Below, one piece after another: positions 10,712-19,385 of a stretch of DNA of 64,000 bases. A model generated the notes under the pieces. The model saw nothing but the letters and a program-made list of their open reading frames with translations, made no database searches and had not been told where the DNA came from. Numbering within the stretch: position 1 is the first letter of the stretch; the number at the start of each line of letters is the position of its first letter. Made by a program: the position numbers and the translations under genes. Source of the stretch: an uncultured Bacteroidales bacterium (lineage in GTDB: Bacteria; Bacteroidota; Bacteroidia; Bacteroidales; UBA10428); assembly GCA_963800645.1 (NCBI GenBank), contig CAWDBX010000004.1, forward strand, positions 20,422 to 84,421, given 5' to 3'.

Positions 10712-11732
10712 ATGGAAACCTACGACTGGAAAAATATGCCTTTTGGCTATGTAAAAACGGATTACAATGTGCGGTGTTACTTCAGAAACGGAGCATGGGG
10801 AGAAATTGAAATCTCTTCCTCGGAATATATTCACTTGCATATGGCAGCCACCTGCCTCCATTATGGCCAGGAAGCTTTTGAAGGATTAAAGGCCTTCAGG
10901 GGAAAGGATGGCAGGATCCGCGTGTTTCGGTGGAATGAAAATGCCAAACGCATGCAAAATACAGCAGAAGGTATAAAAATGGCCCCGGTGACCACGGAAA
11001 TTTTTAAAAAGGCGGTTTTCATCCGCCGTCAGGTTGAATGAAAAATACATTCCCCCATACGGATTTGGGGCATCCCTTTATATCCGGCCGCTGCTGATCG
11101 GTACGGGCGCGGAAGTTGGCGTGAAGCCTGCCAGGGAATATATGTTTATGGTTTTTGTAACCCCTGTGGGCCCTTATTTCAAGGAGGGATTCAAGCCGGT
11201 TGATATCATGGTGTGCAGGGATTTTGACCGGGCAGCTCCTTTGGGAACAGGTTGTTACAAAGTCGGCGGTAATTATGCCGCCAGCCTCCGCTCGCTCGAT
11301 CTGGCGCATCAGCAGGGTTATTCCACTTCACTTTACCTCGATCCGAAAGAAAAGAAATACATTGATGAAGCCGGTCCGGCCAATTTTTTTGCCATTCGCG
11401 GCAATTGTTACATTACGCCCGAGTCCAAGTCGATCCTGCCTTCAATTACCAACATGAGCCTTCAGCAATTGTCCCTTGACCTTGGGCTAAAGGTGGAGCG
11501 TCGACCCGTTCCGTTTGAAGAACTGCCCTCGTTTGAGGAAGTGGGCGCCTGCGGTACAGCTGCCGTGATCACTCCCATTCGTAAAATAGTGGATCCCGAC
11601 AACAACAAAATCTACGAATATTGCCTGGATGGCCAGCCCGGACCTGTTTCCACCCGATTGTACAACAAACTGGTTGCCATTCAGAACGGGGAAGAGCCCG
11701 ATGTGCATGGTTGGGCAGAATTGGTGGAATAA
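10712..11732 (+). pseudogene. ilvE: branched-chain amino acid aminotransferase; one frame break near 11035
   Basis: ORFs 10712-11041 and 11034-11732 read colinearly. They carry HYGQEAFEGLKAFRGKDGRIRVFRWNENAKRM, then YIPPYGFGASLYIRPLLIGTGAEVGVKPA and GTGCYKVGGNYAASL. Confidence 0.85.
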
Positions 11733-11772
11733 TCCGGCCTGTTGGTCAAAAGCAGTTGATCTTTTATCAGTT

Positions 11773-11810
11773 AAGCCCGGCAAACTGTAACAAGTTTGCC
11801 GGGCTTTGCG
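11773..11810 (+). terminator. terminator-like hairpin after ilvE
   Basis: A perfect 14-bp stem, aagcccggcaaact (11773-11786) with agtttgccgggctt (11793-11806), and a 6-nt loop. The T-tail is weak (tgcgtt). Confidence 0.55.
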
Positions 11811-11884
11811 TTAATGGGTACATCCATCGAATAAATTCATATTCTATTTTTATACCATCAATAACCAATTAAATTTTCGCTGCT

Positions 11885-12865
11885 ATGATTAGAAGATTTC
11901 AGTTAATGGGTGCGCTGGCACTGGCATCTGTCATGATTCTCGGTCTGAATTCCTGCCAGAAGGATAAGGACGAAAAAAGTGTGAAGGATTATCTGTCAGT
12001 GGATGGCGCTGCCTATGTGTCAGGTTCCTTTCCGGAGGCTTCAACGGGCGATGCATTGCCCGAAGTCATGGATGTCACCGGAAACAGCTCGGTCATCCAG
12101 GGAGGATCCAATCCGATTGCTGTTTATGCTTCGGTTCCGGCCTCCAAGATTTTGGTCGGTGTTCAGGGGTCAAACGGCTACTATGAGTACGTAGAAAGTT
12201 CCAAAAGTACTGCCATCATTTACACCCTTTCTCTGGTGTTGTCCACCAACATTCCTGGTGATCAATTTGTTATCATTGTGGCCATCGTCGATGATTTCGG
12301 ACTGGTTAGTGCAACCTTCGAATTGCCGGTAAGTATCATTGAAGTAGGGACCGGACAGTTGCAGGTCAGTTTGTCGTGGGACCAGCCAAATGATGTGGAT
12401 CTGCATTTGGTAGAACCCGATGGAGAAGAGATTTATTACAGTACCGATTATTCCTCCAACGGGGGCGTACTGGACCTTGATTCCAATCCCGGTTGCTATA
12501 TCGACGGCGTTCAGAATGAAAACATTACCTATTCCGATGAAAGCACGGTGGAAGCCGGAACTTACACGGTAAGGGTTGATCTTTATGATGGCTGCGATGT
12601 AGGTGCCCAAACCAATTACATTGTAACAGCCCGTTTGAATGGTGAGCTGATCGTTCAGCAGTCGGTCACCAATCCCTATAACGGATCATTTCCGGCAGGT
12701 TCTTTGGGTGATAACGGCGGTTCGGGATCAGGCGTTCAGGTCATGCAGTTCACGCTTAGCGGTGACAACCTGAAAAGTACCGCTACCTCTTCCTTTAAGG
12801 CTATCCGCTTCCCCACGCAAAGAGAAGCTGCCTCCCTCAGCGATAAGAAATCACGGCTGAAATAA
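11885..12865 (+). CDS. lipoprotein with YfaP/DUF2135-like domain (function unknown)
   Basis: Intact 326-aa ORF. The signal peptide ends LGLNSC, followed by QKDKDEK. The central block is LQVSLSWDQPNDVDLHLVEPDGEEIYYSTDYSSNGGVLDLDSNPGCYIDGVQNENITY...GTYTVRVDLYDGC. By my recollection this follows the DUF2135 pattern (L.v.L.W....D.DLhv.eP.Ge.i.Y...GG.L..D...G). Confidence 0.55.
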   Translation: MIRRFQLMGALALASVMILGLNSCQKDKDEKSVKDYLSVDGAAYVSGSFPEASTGDALPEVMDVTGNSSVIQGGSNPIAVYASVPASKILVGVQGSNGYYEYVESSKSTAIIYTLSLVLSTNIPGDQFVIIVAIVDDFGLVSATFELPVSIIEVGTGQLQVSLSWDQPNDVDLHLVEPDGEEIYYSTDYSSNGGVLDLDSNPGCYIDGVQNENITYSDESTVEAGTYTVRVDLYDGCDVGAQTNYIVTARLNGELIVQQSVTNPYNGSFPAGSLGDNGGSGSGVQVMQFTLSGDNLKSTATSSFKAIRFPTQREAASLSDKKSRLK

Positions 12866-12906
12866 TCCGGCTCACCGGCAGGGTTTAAATCCCCCGCCCC
12901 GCTATT

Positions 12907-12952
12907 AAACCACCCTTCAGGCGTTTACAGATCGCATGAAGGGTGGTTTTTT
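12907..12952 (+). terminator. rho-independent terminator after the lipoprotein gene
   Basis: A 13-bp perfect stem, aaaccacccttca (12907-12919) with tgaagggtggttt (12937-12949), runs into a T6 tract (12947-12952). Confidence 0.7.
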
Positions 12953-12977
12953 AATACCCGTTTCCGATAAATTGTTT

Positions 12978-12985
12978 TATCTTTG
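12978..12985 (+). promoter_or_regulatory. Bacteroidota -7 promoter box (TAnnTTTG) upstream of ftsX
   Basis: tatctttg lies 19 nt upstream of the ATG at 13004, just after the terminator. Confidence 0.45.
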
Positions 12986-13003
12986 AGGCGCAAATGACAT
13001 GAC

Positions 13004-13879
13004 ATGCAGGTAAAGGACAATACTATACAGCGCCGGTTAACAGCTTCCTACATCACTTCTGTTGTCAGCATTACCCTGGTGCTGTATTTGATTGGCCTGG
13101 CCGGAATCCTGATCCTGAATGCCAAAAAGCTCTCTGATTACGTGAAGGAAAATATCGGGATTTCTGTTTATCTGAATGATGATGCCCGTGAAGTGGATAT
13201 TTTCAGCTTGCAGAAAACCCTCGATGCAAAAAAATACGTAAAAGAAACCCGTTACATCACGCGCGAAAAGGCAGCTGAAGAATTTCAGAAAGAACTTGGA
13301 GAAGATTTTGTGGACTTTCTCGGTTACAATCCGCTTCCCTCCTCCATCGATGTTAAACTTCATGCCTCCTATGCAAATCCCGACAGTTTTGCTGTACTGG
13401 AAAAAGAATTTCGCACCTACCCTCAGGTTGCCGATGTTGCCTACCAGAAAGATCTCGTTTACGCGGTGAACTTAAACATCAGGAAAATCTCCCTGGCCAT
13501 TCTTATTTTTAGCATACTGTTGTTTTTAATAGCTATTACGCTCATCAACAATACTATACGTCTTACTGTTTATTCAAAGCGGTTTATCATCAGGACCATG
13601 CAGCTGGTGGGCGCGCACAACTTTCTGATCAGGAGGCCTTTTTTGATTAAAGGGATCACCCAGGGTGTGGTCGCGGCGCTTTTCGCCATGTTTCTGCTGA
13701 CCGCCACTATTTTCGGGGTAGAAAAACAGCTGGAGGGTCTTTTTAGTTTTCAGGATTTTCAAATTCTGGGTATTATATTTGCCTTTATTCTTTTGATCGG
13801 TTTGCTGATCGCCTGGTTCTCCACACTGCTTTCCGTGAACAAATACCTCAACATGAAAACAGATAATTTGTACACTTAA
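13004..13879 (+). CDS. ftsX: cell-division permease-like protein FtsX
   Basis: Intact 291-aa ORF with one N-terminal TM, a periplasmic domain and three C-terminal TMs. It carries RLTVYSKRFIIRTMQLVGAHNFLIRRPFLIKG, typical of FtsX. Confidence 0.85.
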   Translation: MQVKDNTIQRRLTASYITSVVSITLVLYLIGLAGILILNAKKLSDYVKENIGISVYLNDDAREVDIFSLQKTLDAKKYVKETRYITREKAAEEFQKELGEDFVDFLGYNPLPSSIDVKLHASYANPDSFAVLEKEFRTYPQVADVAYQKDLVYAVNLNIRKISLAILIFSILLFLIAITLINNTIRLTVYSKRFIIRTMQLVGAHNFLIRRPFLIKGITQGVVAALFAMFLLTATIFGVEKQLEGLFSFQDFQILGIIFAFILLIGLLIAWFSTLLSVNKYLNMKTDNLYT

Positions 13880-13890
13880 CTTATACACGC

Positions 13891-14157
13891 ATGGTTAAAA
13901 AATCGGAAATTAAAGAAACAAATCCCGGGTTTGCACTTGGCCGTGAGAATTACATCTACCTGATCATTGGTTTTGTGATTATCATTGCAGGTTTCTTACT
14001 CATGATGGGTGGTAAATCCTCCGATCCCAATGTATTCAATGAGAAAGAAATATTCAGTTTCCGCCGGATAACCCTTGCTCCAGTGGTTGTTTTAATAGGA
14101 TTTGCATTCGAAATTTGGGCGATCATGAAAAGGCCCAAAAACTCGGAAAAGGCTTAA
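13891..14157 (+). CDS. DUF3098 family small membrane protein
   Basis: Intact 88-aa ORF with two TM helices. FALGRENYIYLIIGFVIIIAGFLLMMGG and its position after ftsX are typical of Bacteroidota DUF3098. Confidence 0.7.
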   Translation: MVKKSEIKETNPGFALGRENYIYLIIGFVIIIAGFLLMMGGKSSDPNVFNEKEIFSFRRITLAPVVVLIGFAFEIWAIMKRPKNSEKA

Positions 14158-14185
14158 CGATACGCCAATACCCGGAAATAAGATT

Positions 14186-14891
14186 ATGGACATTGCTGCA
14201 CTGTCGGAGGAACTGGTAAATGGTAAGGTATTGCTTTTTAATAAACCTCTTTACTGGACCTCCTTCGATCTGGTGAAGAAAATCAAGAGCATTCTCCGGC
14301 AGAGGTTGGACCTGAAAAAATTAAAAATCGGTCACGCCGGCACCCTCGATCCGCTGGCCACCGGATTAATGATCCTCTGCACCGGAAAAGAAACACGAAA
14401 CATAGAAAATTACCAGGTGCAACCCAAGGAATATATTGCCCGGATAAAACTGGGCGCAACCACTCCTTCCTTTGATCTGGAAACCGATATTGATGCCCGT
14501 TATCCCGTGGAACACCTGCAAAAATCGGATGTTGAAAATGTTCTTCGGAGTTTTACCGGTGCACAGTTGCAGGTGCCTCCTGATTTTTCCGCCCGGTTTG
14601 TCAATGGCACAAGAGCCTATAAACTGGCCCGGAAGGGAGAAACGCTGGACCTTCCAGCCCAAAGAAATTTCTATCCATGCCATTTCGCTTCTCACCTGCG
14701 ATCTGCCAAACATTGAAATACGGGTCACCTGCAGCAAGGGCACCTATATTAGATCCCTGGCAAGGGACATCGGATTGAGGCTTGGATCAGGGGCACATCT
14801 TACGGGACTGGTAAGAACTGCTATTGGAGAATTTTTGCTGCAGGACGCCCTAAGTTTGGAAGAATTTGAAAGAAATTTAGTTTTTTTGTAA
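14186..14891 (+). pseudogene. truB: tRNA pseudouridine(55) synthase TruB; one frame break around 14650-14716
   Basis: ORF 14186-14716 carries KIGHAGTLDPLATGLMILCTGKETR (catalytic Asp motif). ORF 14472-14891 supplies EISIHAISLLTCDLPNIEIRVTCSKGTYIRSLARDIG. Confidence 0.85.
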
Positions 14892-14912
14892 CCTTTTTTA
14901 CTGCTTTACGTT

Positions 14913-14920
14913 TATATTTG
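14913..14920 (+). promoter_or_regulatory. Bacteroidota -7 promoter box (TAnnTTTG) upstream of queA
   Basis: tatatttg lies 33 nt upstream of the ATG at 14953. Confidence 0.4.
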
Positions 14921-14952
14921 GTTTATTTGAACCTATCCACATTTATACAAAC

Positions 14953-16005
14953 ATGAAACTTTCACAATATAAATACAATCTTCCGGAAGATCTGATCGCC
15001 AAGTATCCGGCCGATAAGCGCGATGAATCCAAACTCCTGGTAGTTGACCGCAGTACCGGGAAAATTGAACACAAGGTTTTCAGGGATATCATTGATTATT
15101 TTGGGGAAGGAGATGTTTTGGTGGTGAATAATACCAAGGTTTTTCCGGCCAGATTATATGGGAACAAGGAAAAGACCGGTGCCGAAATTGAGGTTTTCCT
15201 GCTTCGGGAGCTGAACCGCGAGCAGCGTTTATGGGATGTGCTGGTGGATCCGGCAAGGAAGATCAGGATCGGGAATAAGCTTTATTTTGGCGATGACGAT
15301 GAAACACTCGTTGCCGAAGTAATTGATAATACAACTTCCCGGGGACGTACCCTCAGGTTTTTATTTGACGGTGATTACGATGATTTTAAAAAGACACTGT
15401 TCAAACTCGGAGAAACACCCCTGCCCAAATTCATCAAACGGGCCGTTCAGCCCGAGGACCGGGACAGGTATCAGACCATATTTGCCAAACATGAAGGCGC
15501 CGTTGCAGCGCCTACTGCAGGTTTGCATTTCAGTCGCGAATTGCTCAAACGACTTGAAATTAAAGGATCACATTTTGCAGAGATCACCTTGCATGTGGGC
15601 TTGGGAAATTTCAGTACCGTGGATGTGGAGGATCTGACCAAGCATAAAATGGATTCGGAGCGGATCATTATTACCGAAGAAGCGGCCAAAATTGTGAACG
15701 CGGCCAAGGACGACCATAAACATGTTTGTGCCGTTGGTACCACGGTACTGCGAACGCTGGAAAGTTCGGTTTCCACTGCAGGTCATCTCAAACCCTATGA
15801 CGGATGGACCAATAAATTTATTTTCCCTCCTTACGAATTCAGCGTTCCTACCCGCATGATTTCCAATTTTCATCTGCCGCTGTCCACTTTGCTCATGATG
15901 GTTTCCGCCTTTGCCGGATACGAACTGTTATTTGAATCCTATAAAGTTGCCATCAAGGAAAAGTATCATTTTGGTACCTATGGCGATGCGATGCTGATCC
16001 TGTAA
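14953..16005 (+). CDS. queA: S-adenosylmethionine:tRNA ribosyltransferase-isomerase
   Basis: Intact 350-aa ORF with [39 protein letters not shown] and [11 protein letters not shown]. Confidence 0.92.
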   Translation: MKLSQYKYNLPEDLIAKYPADKRDESKLLVVDRSTGKIEHKVFRDIIDYFGEGDVLVVNNTKVFPARLYGNKEKTGAEIEVFLLRELNREQRLWDVLVDPARKIRIGNKLYFGDDDETLVAEVIDNTTSRGRTLRFLFDGDYDDFKKTLFKLGETPLPKFIKRAVQPEDRDRYQTIFAKHEGAVAAPTAGLHFSRELLKRLEIKGSHFAEITLHVGLGNFSTVDVEDLTKHKMDSERIIITEEAAKIVNAAKDDHKHVCAVGTTVLRTLESSVSTAGHLKPYDGWTNKFIFPPYEFSVPTRMISNFHLPLSTLLMMVSAFAGYELLFESYKVAIKEKYHFGTYGDAMLIL

Positions 16006-16018
16006 GTATCGTTCCTGC

Positions 16019-16540
16019 ATGAGACTCGGCAGAAGTTTTTTCGACCGGGACGTACTCCTGGTTGCTCCCGATCTGGTGGGTAAAACGCTGGTCAGGAATT
16101 GCCACAACACCCTTAAACATTTTATGATCACAGAAGTGGAAGCCTACCGCGGCACCGAGGATGAAGCTTCCCATGCCCGCTTTGGCCAAACGGCCCGGAA
16201 CGGGATCATGTTCGGGCAGGGAGGAATGGTGTATGTTTACCTGATTTACGGGATGTACTGGATGTTGAATTTTGTAACGGGATCGGAGGGACAGCCCCAG
16301 GCAGTGCTCATCCGGGGCATTGAGGGATACAGCGGTCCGGGAAAATTGTCGCGGGCACTGGACATCGATAAATCTTTTTACGGCGAGGACCTTACAGCCT
16401 CCGGAAGGATCTGGATCGAGGACCATGCGGAAAAACAGGAGATCATTCAGAAGCCCCGGTATGGGATCGGTTATGCCGGTGAACCCTGGAAAAGCATGCC
16501 ATGGCGTTACATCAGGGTCCGACCGCCTCAAACCTCCTGA
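16019..16540 (+). CDS. mpg: DNA-3-methyladenine glycosylase (Mpg/AAG family)
   Basis: Intact 173-aa ORF with VAPDLVGKTLV, ITEVEAYRGTEDEASHA, GGMVYVYLIYGMYWMLNFV and VLIRGIE. Confidence 0.85.
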   Translation: MRLGRSFFDRDVLLVAPDLVGKTLVRNCHNTLKHFMITEVEAYRGTEDEASHARFGQTARNGIMFGQGGMVYVYLIYGMYWMLNFVTGSEGQPQAVLIRGIEGYSGPGKLSRALDIDKSFYGEDLTASGRIWIEDHAEKQEIIQKPRYGIGYAGEPWKSMPWRYIRVRPPQTS

Positions 16541-18884
16541 CCAGTTCCTCCCCGTTTTCATCCACCAGGGTCAGCACATGATTCCCTGGCGCGGGCAACA
16601 GCTCAACCTGGTGAATATCCCTTGTGGCCGCAATGAATTCATCGTCCAAATGCCAGTATATCACGCTGGAAGGATTGTTGTGCACCGCTTCAAAAATTAC
16701 CCTTCCTTTTTTCCCGCTGAGTTCTACCGGTATAAACACCTTGATTTCCGCTCTGGGATAAAGCAGGTCCATTGATTTCTGGCCGGGAGATTCACATCCT
16801 TTCCTGAAGGGCGGCAGGCTGCGATATTCCTGGTGACGTCTTTTATAATACCATTCCTGGAGAGGGGGCAATACAAACCATGACAAATGCGCCATGCTGT
16901 CGACCGGGCAGCAGTCACTGTTAACCCTGTAACGCAGATCTGCAGTGAGGTGCACCAGTTGATGAAAGGGACAGGAGCCTGATTTAAGACCGTTCAGCGG
17001 AATCCTGCCGGTATCCGGATCCGGGCAATTTGGTCCTGCCAGATATCCGCTCCTGGAGCAAACCATCGCAGGTACCATTTCATCCACGGGGGCTTTGAAC
17101 CAATCCGATGCAGGGAGCAGGCCGAAAATATCAAACAACAAAGGAGCTGCCGTGGCAATACCGGTGAGACCGGGCCTTCCCTCCCCATCGGCATTGCCGG
17201 TCCATACCCCGACCACATATTCCGGAGAGGTACCGATTGCCCAGCCATCGCGGTAGCCAAAACTTGTACCCGTTTTCCAGGCGATTTTGCGGGATGTGCT
17301 GAAACGTTTCCACCCGGCTTCTTCATCAGGCCGGTTTACTTCTTCCATCGCACGATAGGTATACCAGATGGAGGATGCACGGAGTATACCGGCTTCCCGG
17401 CTTCCGGAATCGTTCCTGAACGTTTGGGAAAGCACATAATTTGACGGCCTGTAGTCAGTGGCATAATATAAACCCGACTGCCCGTAATGGTTCAGTATCC
17501 TGGAAAAAGCCGCATAGATATTCGTCATTTCCTCCAGGTTTCCTTCGGCACCTCCCAGGATGAGCGATAATCCGTAATGATCGGCCGGCCTGCTGACCGT
17601 TTTCATCCCCAGCGATCGGATCAGATGATGAAAACGCTCCACACCATAGGCCCTTAACAACTGAACCGCAGGAACATTGAGCGATCGGGAAAGCGCCCGG
17701 TCCGCCGGCACTGCTCCTTCAAACTGCCCGTTGAAATTAACAGGGGCAAATCCTTCCAGGTTCACCGGGATATCGGGAACAAGGCTGCCGGGCAGTATTT
17801 TACCGTCATCGAGCATGGCCGCAAATAACAAGGGTTTTAATAAACTGCCCGTGCTTCTGGGCGACAGGATAATGTCCACCTCATTCCCGTGCAGACCCGA
17901 CTGTTCAGGACCGCAATTACCCACATAGGCCAATACGTCACCTGATTCTACGTCAAGCACAATGGCGGCAGCATTATGTATTTCATTATATTGCAGCTTG
18001 TTGTGATGCCCCTCAACAATTTCGACAACCTGCTGCTGCAGCGTTCCGTCGATGGTGGTCACACTGATCTTCCCCGGATAATCGCGGCAAAACCGGTCGA
18101 GTAAATGCGGGGCAGATTTTGGCATGGGCAATGGCTGATCAGGTATTGATTCCGCCACCGATACCTTCAGGGTGGTGCTGTCAATCCACCCATACCGGGC
18201 CAGTCGCTCCAGCAGGTTATTCCTTTTCCGGAGCAGAATGGCCCTGTTTTTACCGGGGTGAACCAATGCCGGTGCATTCGGCAGGACCGCGAGTGTAGCT
18301 GCCTCTGCCCATGATAAACGGTCGCTGCCGGTGTTAAAATATCGCCAGGAGGCCGCCTCAATTCCCACTACATTGCCGCCGTAAGGAGCGTGGGCCAGAT
18401 ACATGGCGAGGATTTCCTGCTTGGAGTGTTTCCATTCCAGGCGCGTGGCCAGTACAATTTCAGCAATTTTTTCCCAAACCGTCCTTGGTTTTCCCTTTCG
18501 GGCCAAACGGATGGTCTGCATCGTAAGGGTACTTCCCCCGCTCACCACCCTTCCGGCCTTCAGATTGAGCACAGCTGCCCGGAGGAGGGAAACCGGATTA
18601 AAACCGGGATGCCAGTAAAAATACCGGTCCTCAAAGGCCAGGGTAGCCACCCTGATTTTTTCCGGCACCTCTGCGGATCCCGGGAATCGCCACTGACCGT
18701 CGCCGGCCACTCTGGCACCCAGTAGAATGCCGTTCCGGTCAAGGATCACAGTAGACAAAGGATCGTGAAATAGAACGCCCGGAAGCAGTAAAAAATACCC
18801 TGCCATGATCAGCAGCAAGGCGATCAGTCCATACTTCTTTCCGGCCAAAAAACCTGAAATCTGCTTTCCACGTCGCTGTAGCAT
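16512..18884 (-). CDS. pbpC: penicillin-binding protein 1C (bifunctional transglycosylase/transpeptidase)
   Basis: Intact 790-aa ORF. GT51 motifs are FEDRYFYWHPGFNP and GGSTLTMQ. Transpeptidase motifs are SLLK (SxxK), SLN (SxN) and KTGTS (KTG). It also has a PBP1C-type C-terminal domain. Confidence 0.9.
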   Translation of the reverse strand: MLQRRGKQISGFLAGKKYGLIALLLIMAGYFLLLPGVLFHDPLSTVILDRNGILLGARVAGDGQWRFPGSAEVPEKIRVATLAFEDRYFYWHPGFNPVSLLRAAVLNLKAGRVVSGGSTLTMQTIRLARKGKPRTVWEKIAEIVLATRLEWKHSKQEILAMYLAHAPYGGNVVGIEAASWRYFNTGSDRLSWAEAATLAVLPNAPALVHPGKNRAILLRKRNNLLERLARYGWIDSTTLKVSVAESIPDQPLPMPKSAPHLLDRFCRDYPGKISVTTIDGTLQQQVVEIVEGHHNKLQYNEIHNAAAIVLDVESGDVLAYVGNCGPEQSGLHGNEVDIILSPRSTGSLLKPLLFAAMLDDGKILPGSLVPDIPVNLEGFAPVNFNGQFEGAVPADRALSRSLNVPAVQLLRAYGVERFHHLIRSLGMKTVSRPADHYGLSLILGGAEGNLEEMTNIYAAFSRILNHYGQSGLYYATDYRPSNYVLSQTFRNDSGSREAGILRASSIWYTYRAMEEVNRPDEEAGWKRFSTSRKIAWKTGTSFGYRDGWAIGTSPEYVVGVWTGNADGEGRPGLTGIATAAPLLFDIFGLLPASDWFKAPVDEMVPAMVCSRSGYLAGPNCPDPDTGRIPLNGLKSGSCPFHQLVHLTADLRYRVNSDCCPVDSMAHLSWFVLPPLQEWYYKRRHQEYRSLPPFRKGCESPGQKSMDLLYPRAEIKVFIPVELSGKKGRVIFEAVHNNPSSVIYWHLDDEFIAATRDIHQVELLPAPGNHVLTLVDENGEELVRRFEAVGP

Positions 18885-18900
18885 CGTTTACTGCTGCTGG

Positions 18901-19239
18901 TTAACTCCCGGCTTTCTTCACTTTATAGCCCTTGCCGGTTAAAAAGGTCAGGATCTTTTCCCTGAAATTGCCCTGGATGATGATCTCACCGTCTTTCACC
19001 GAACCTCCGGTTCCGCAACTTTTTTTAAGCTCCCCGGCCAGCTTATCCAGATCCTCAAACGTTCCACGATAACCTTTGATCAGGGTAACTGTTTTTCCCT
19101 TCCTGGCTTTTGAATCAAGCCAGATATAAAGCAACTGCTGCGCAGGGGGCAATGTGGCCTCCTGACCCGGGGTATCCGCTGCAAAATTAAAATCAGGATT
19201 GGTGGAATAAACAATACCTTCGCGTTTCTTTGTGCTCAT
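18901..19239 (-). CDS. yciH: SUI1/eIF1-family translation initiation factor YciH
   Basis: ORF 18901-19260, with the likely start at the M at 19239 (MSTKKREGIVYSTNPDF). It carries KGKTVTLIKG and CGTGGSVKDGEIIIQG. Confidence 0.85.
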   Translation of the reverse strand: MSTKKREGIVYSTNPDFNFAADTPGQEATLPPAQQLLYIWLDSKARKGKTVTLIKGYRGTFEDLDKLAGELKKSCGTGGSVKDGEIIIQGNFREKILTFLTGKGYKVKKAGS

Positions 19240-19385
19240 GATGTGAATGAATTGTCCCAAAAATTTATCATATTCGGGTGATCTTAAAATTGATAATGCG
19301 ATATTCGCTTTTTAATTTGATTTTTTTTCAAAAACTTGCGTGCTCAAATTTACAAAACACAAACATTACTAAATTATTCGAAATA

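Noticed and set aside
15953-16561. 202-aa minus-strand ORF covering the mpg gene
   Set aside because: It is antisense to an intact Mpg/AAG glycosylase with clear family motifs. The translation is Pro/Gly/Arg-rich noise.
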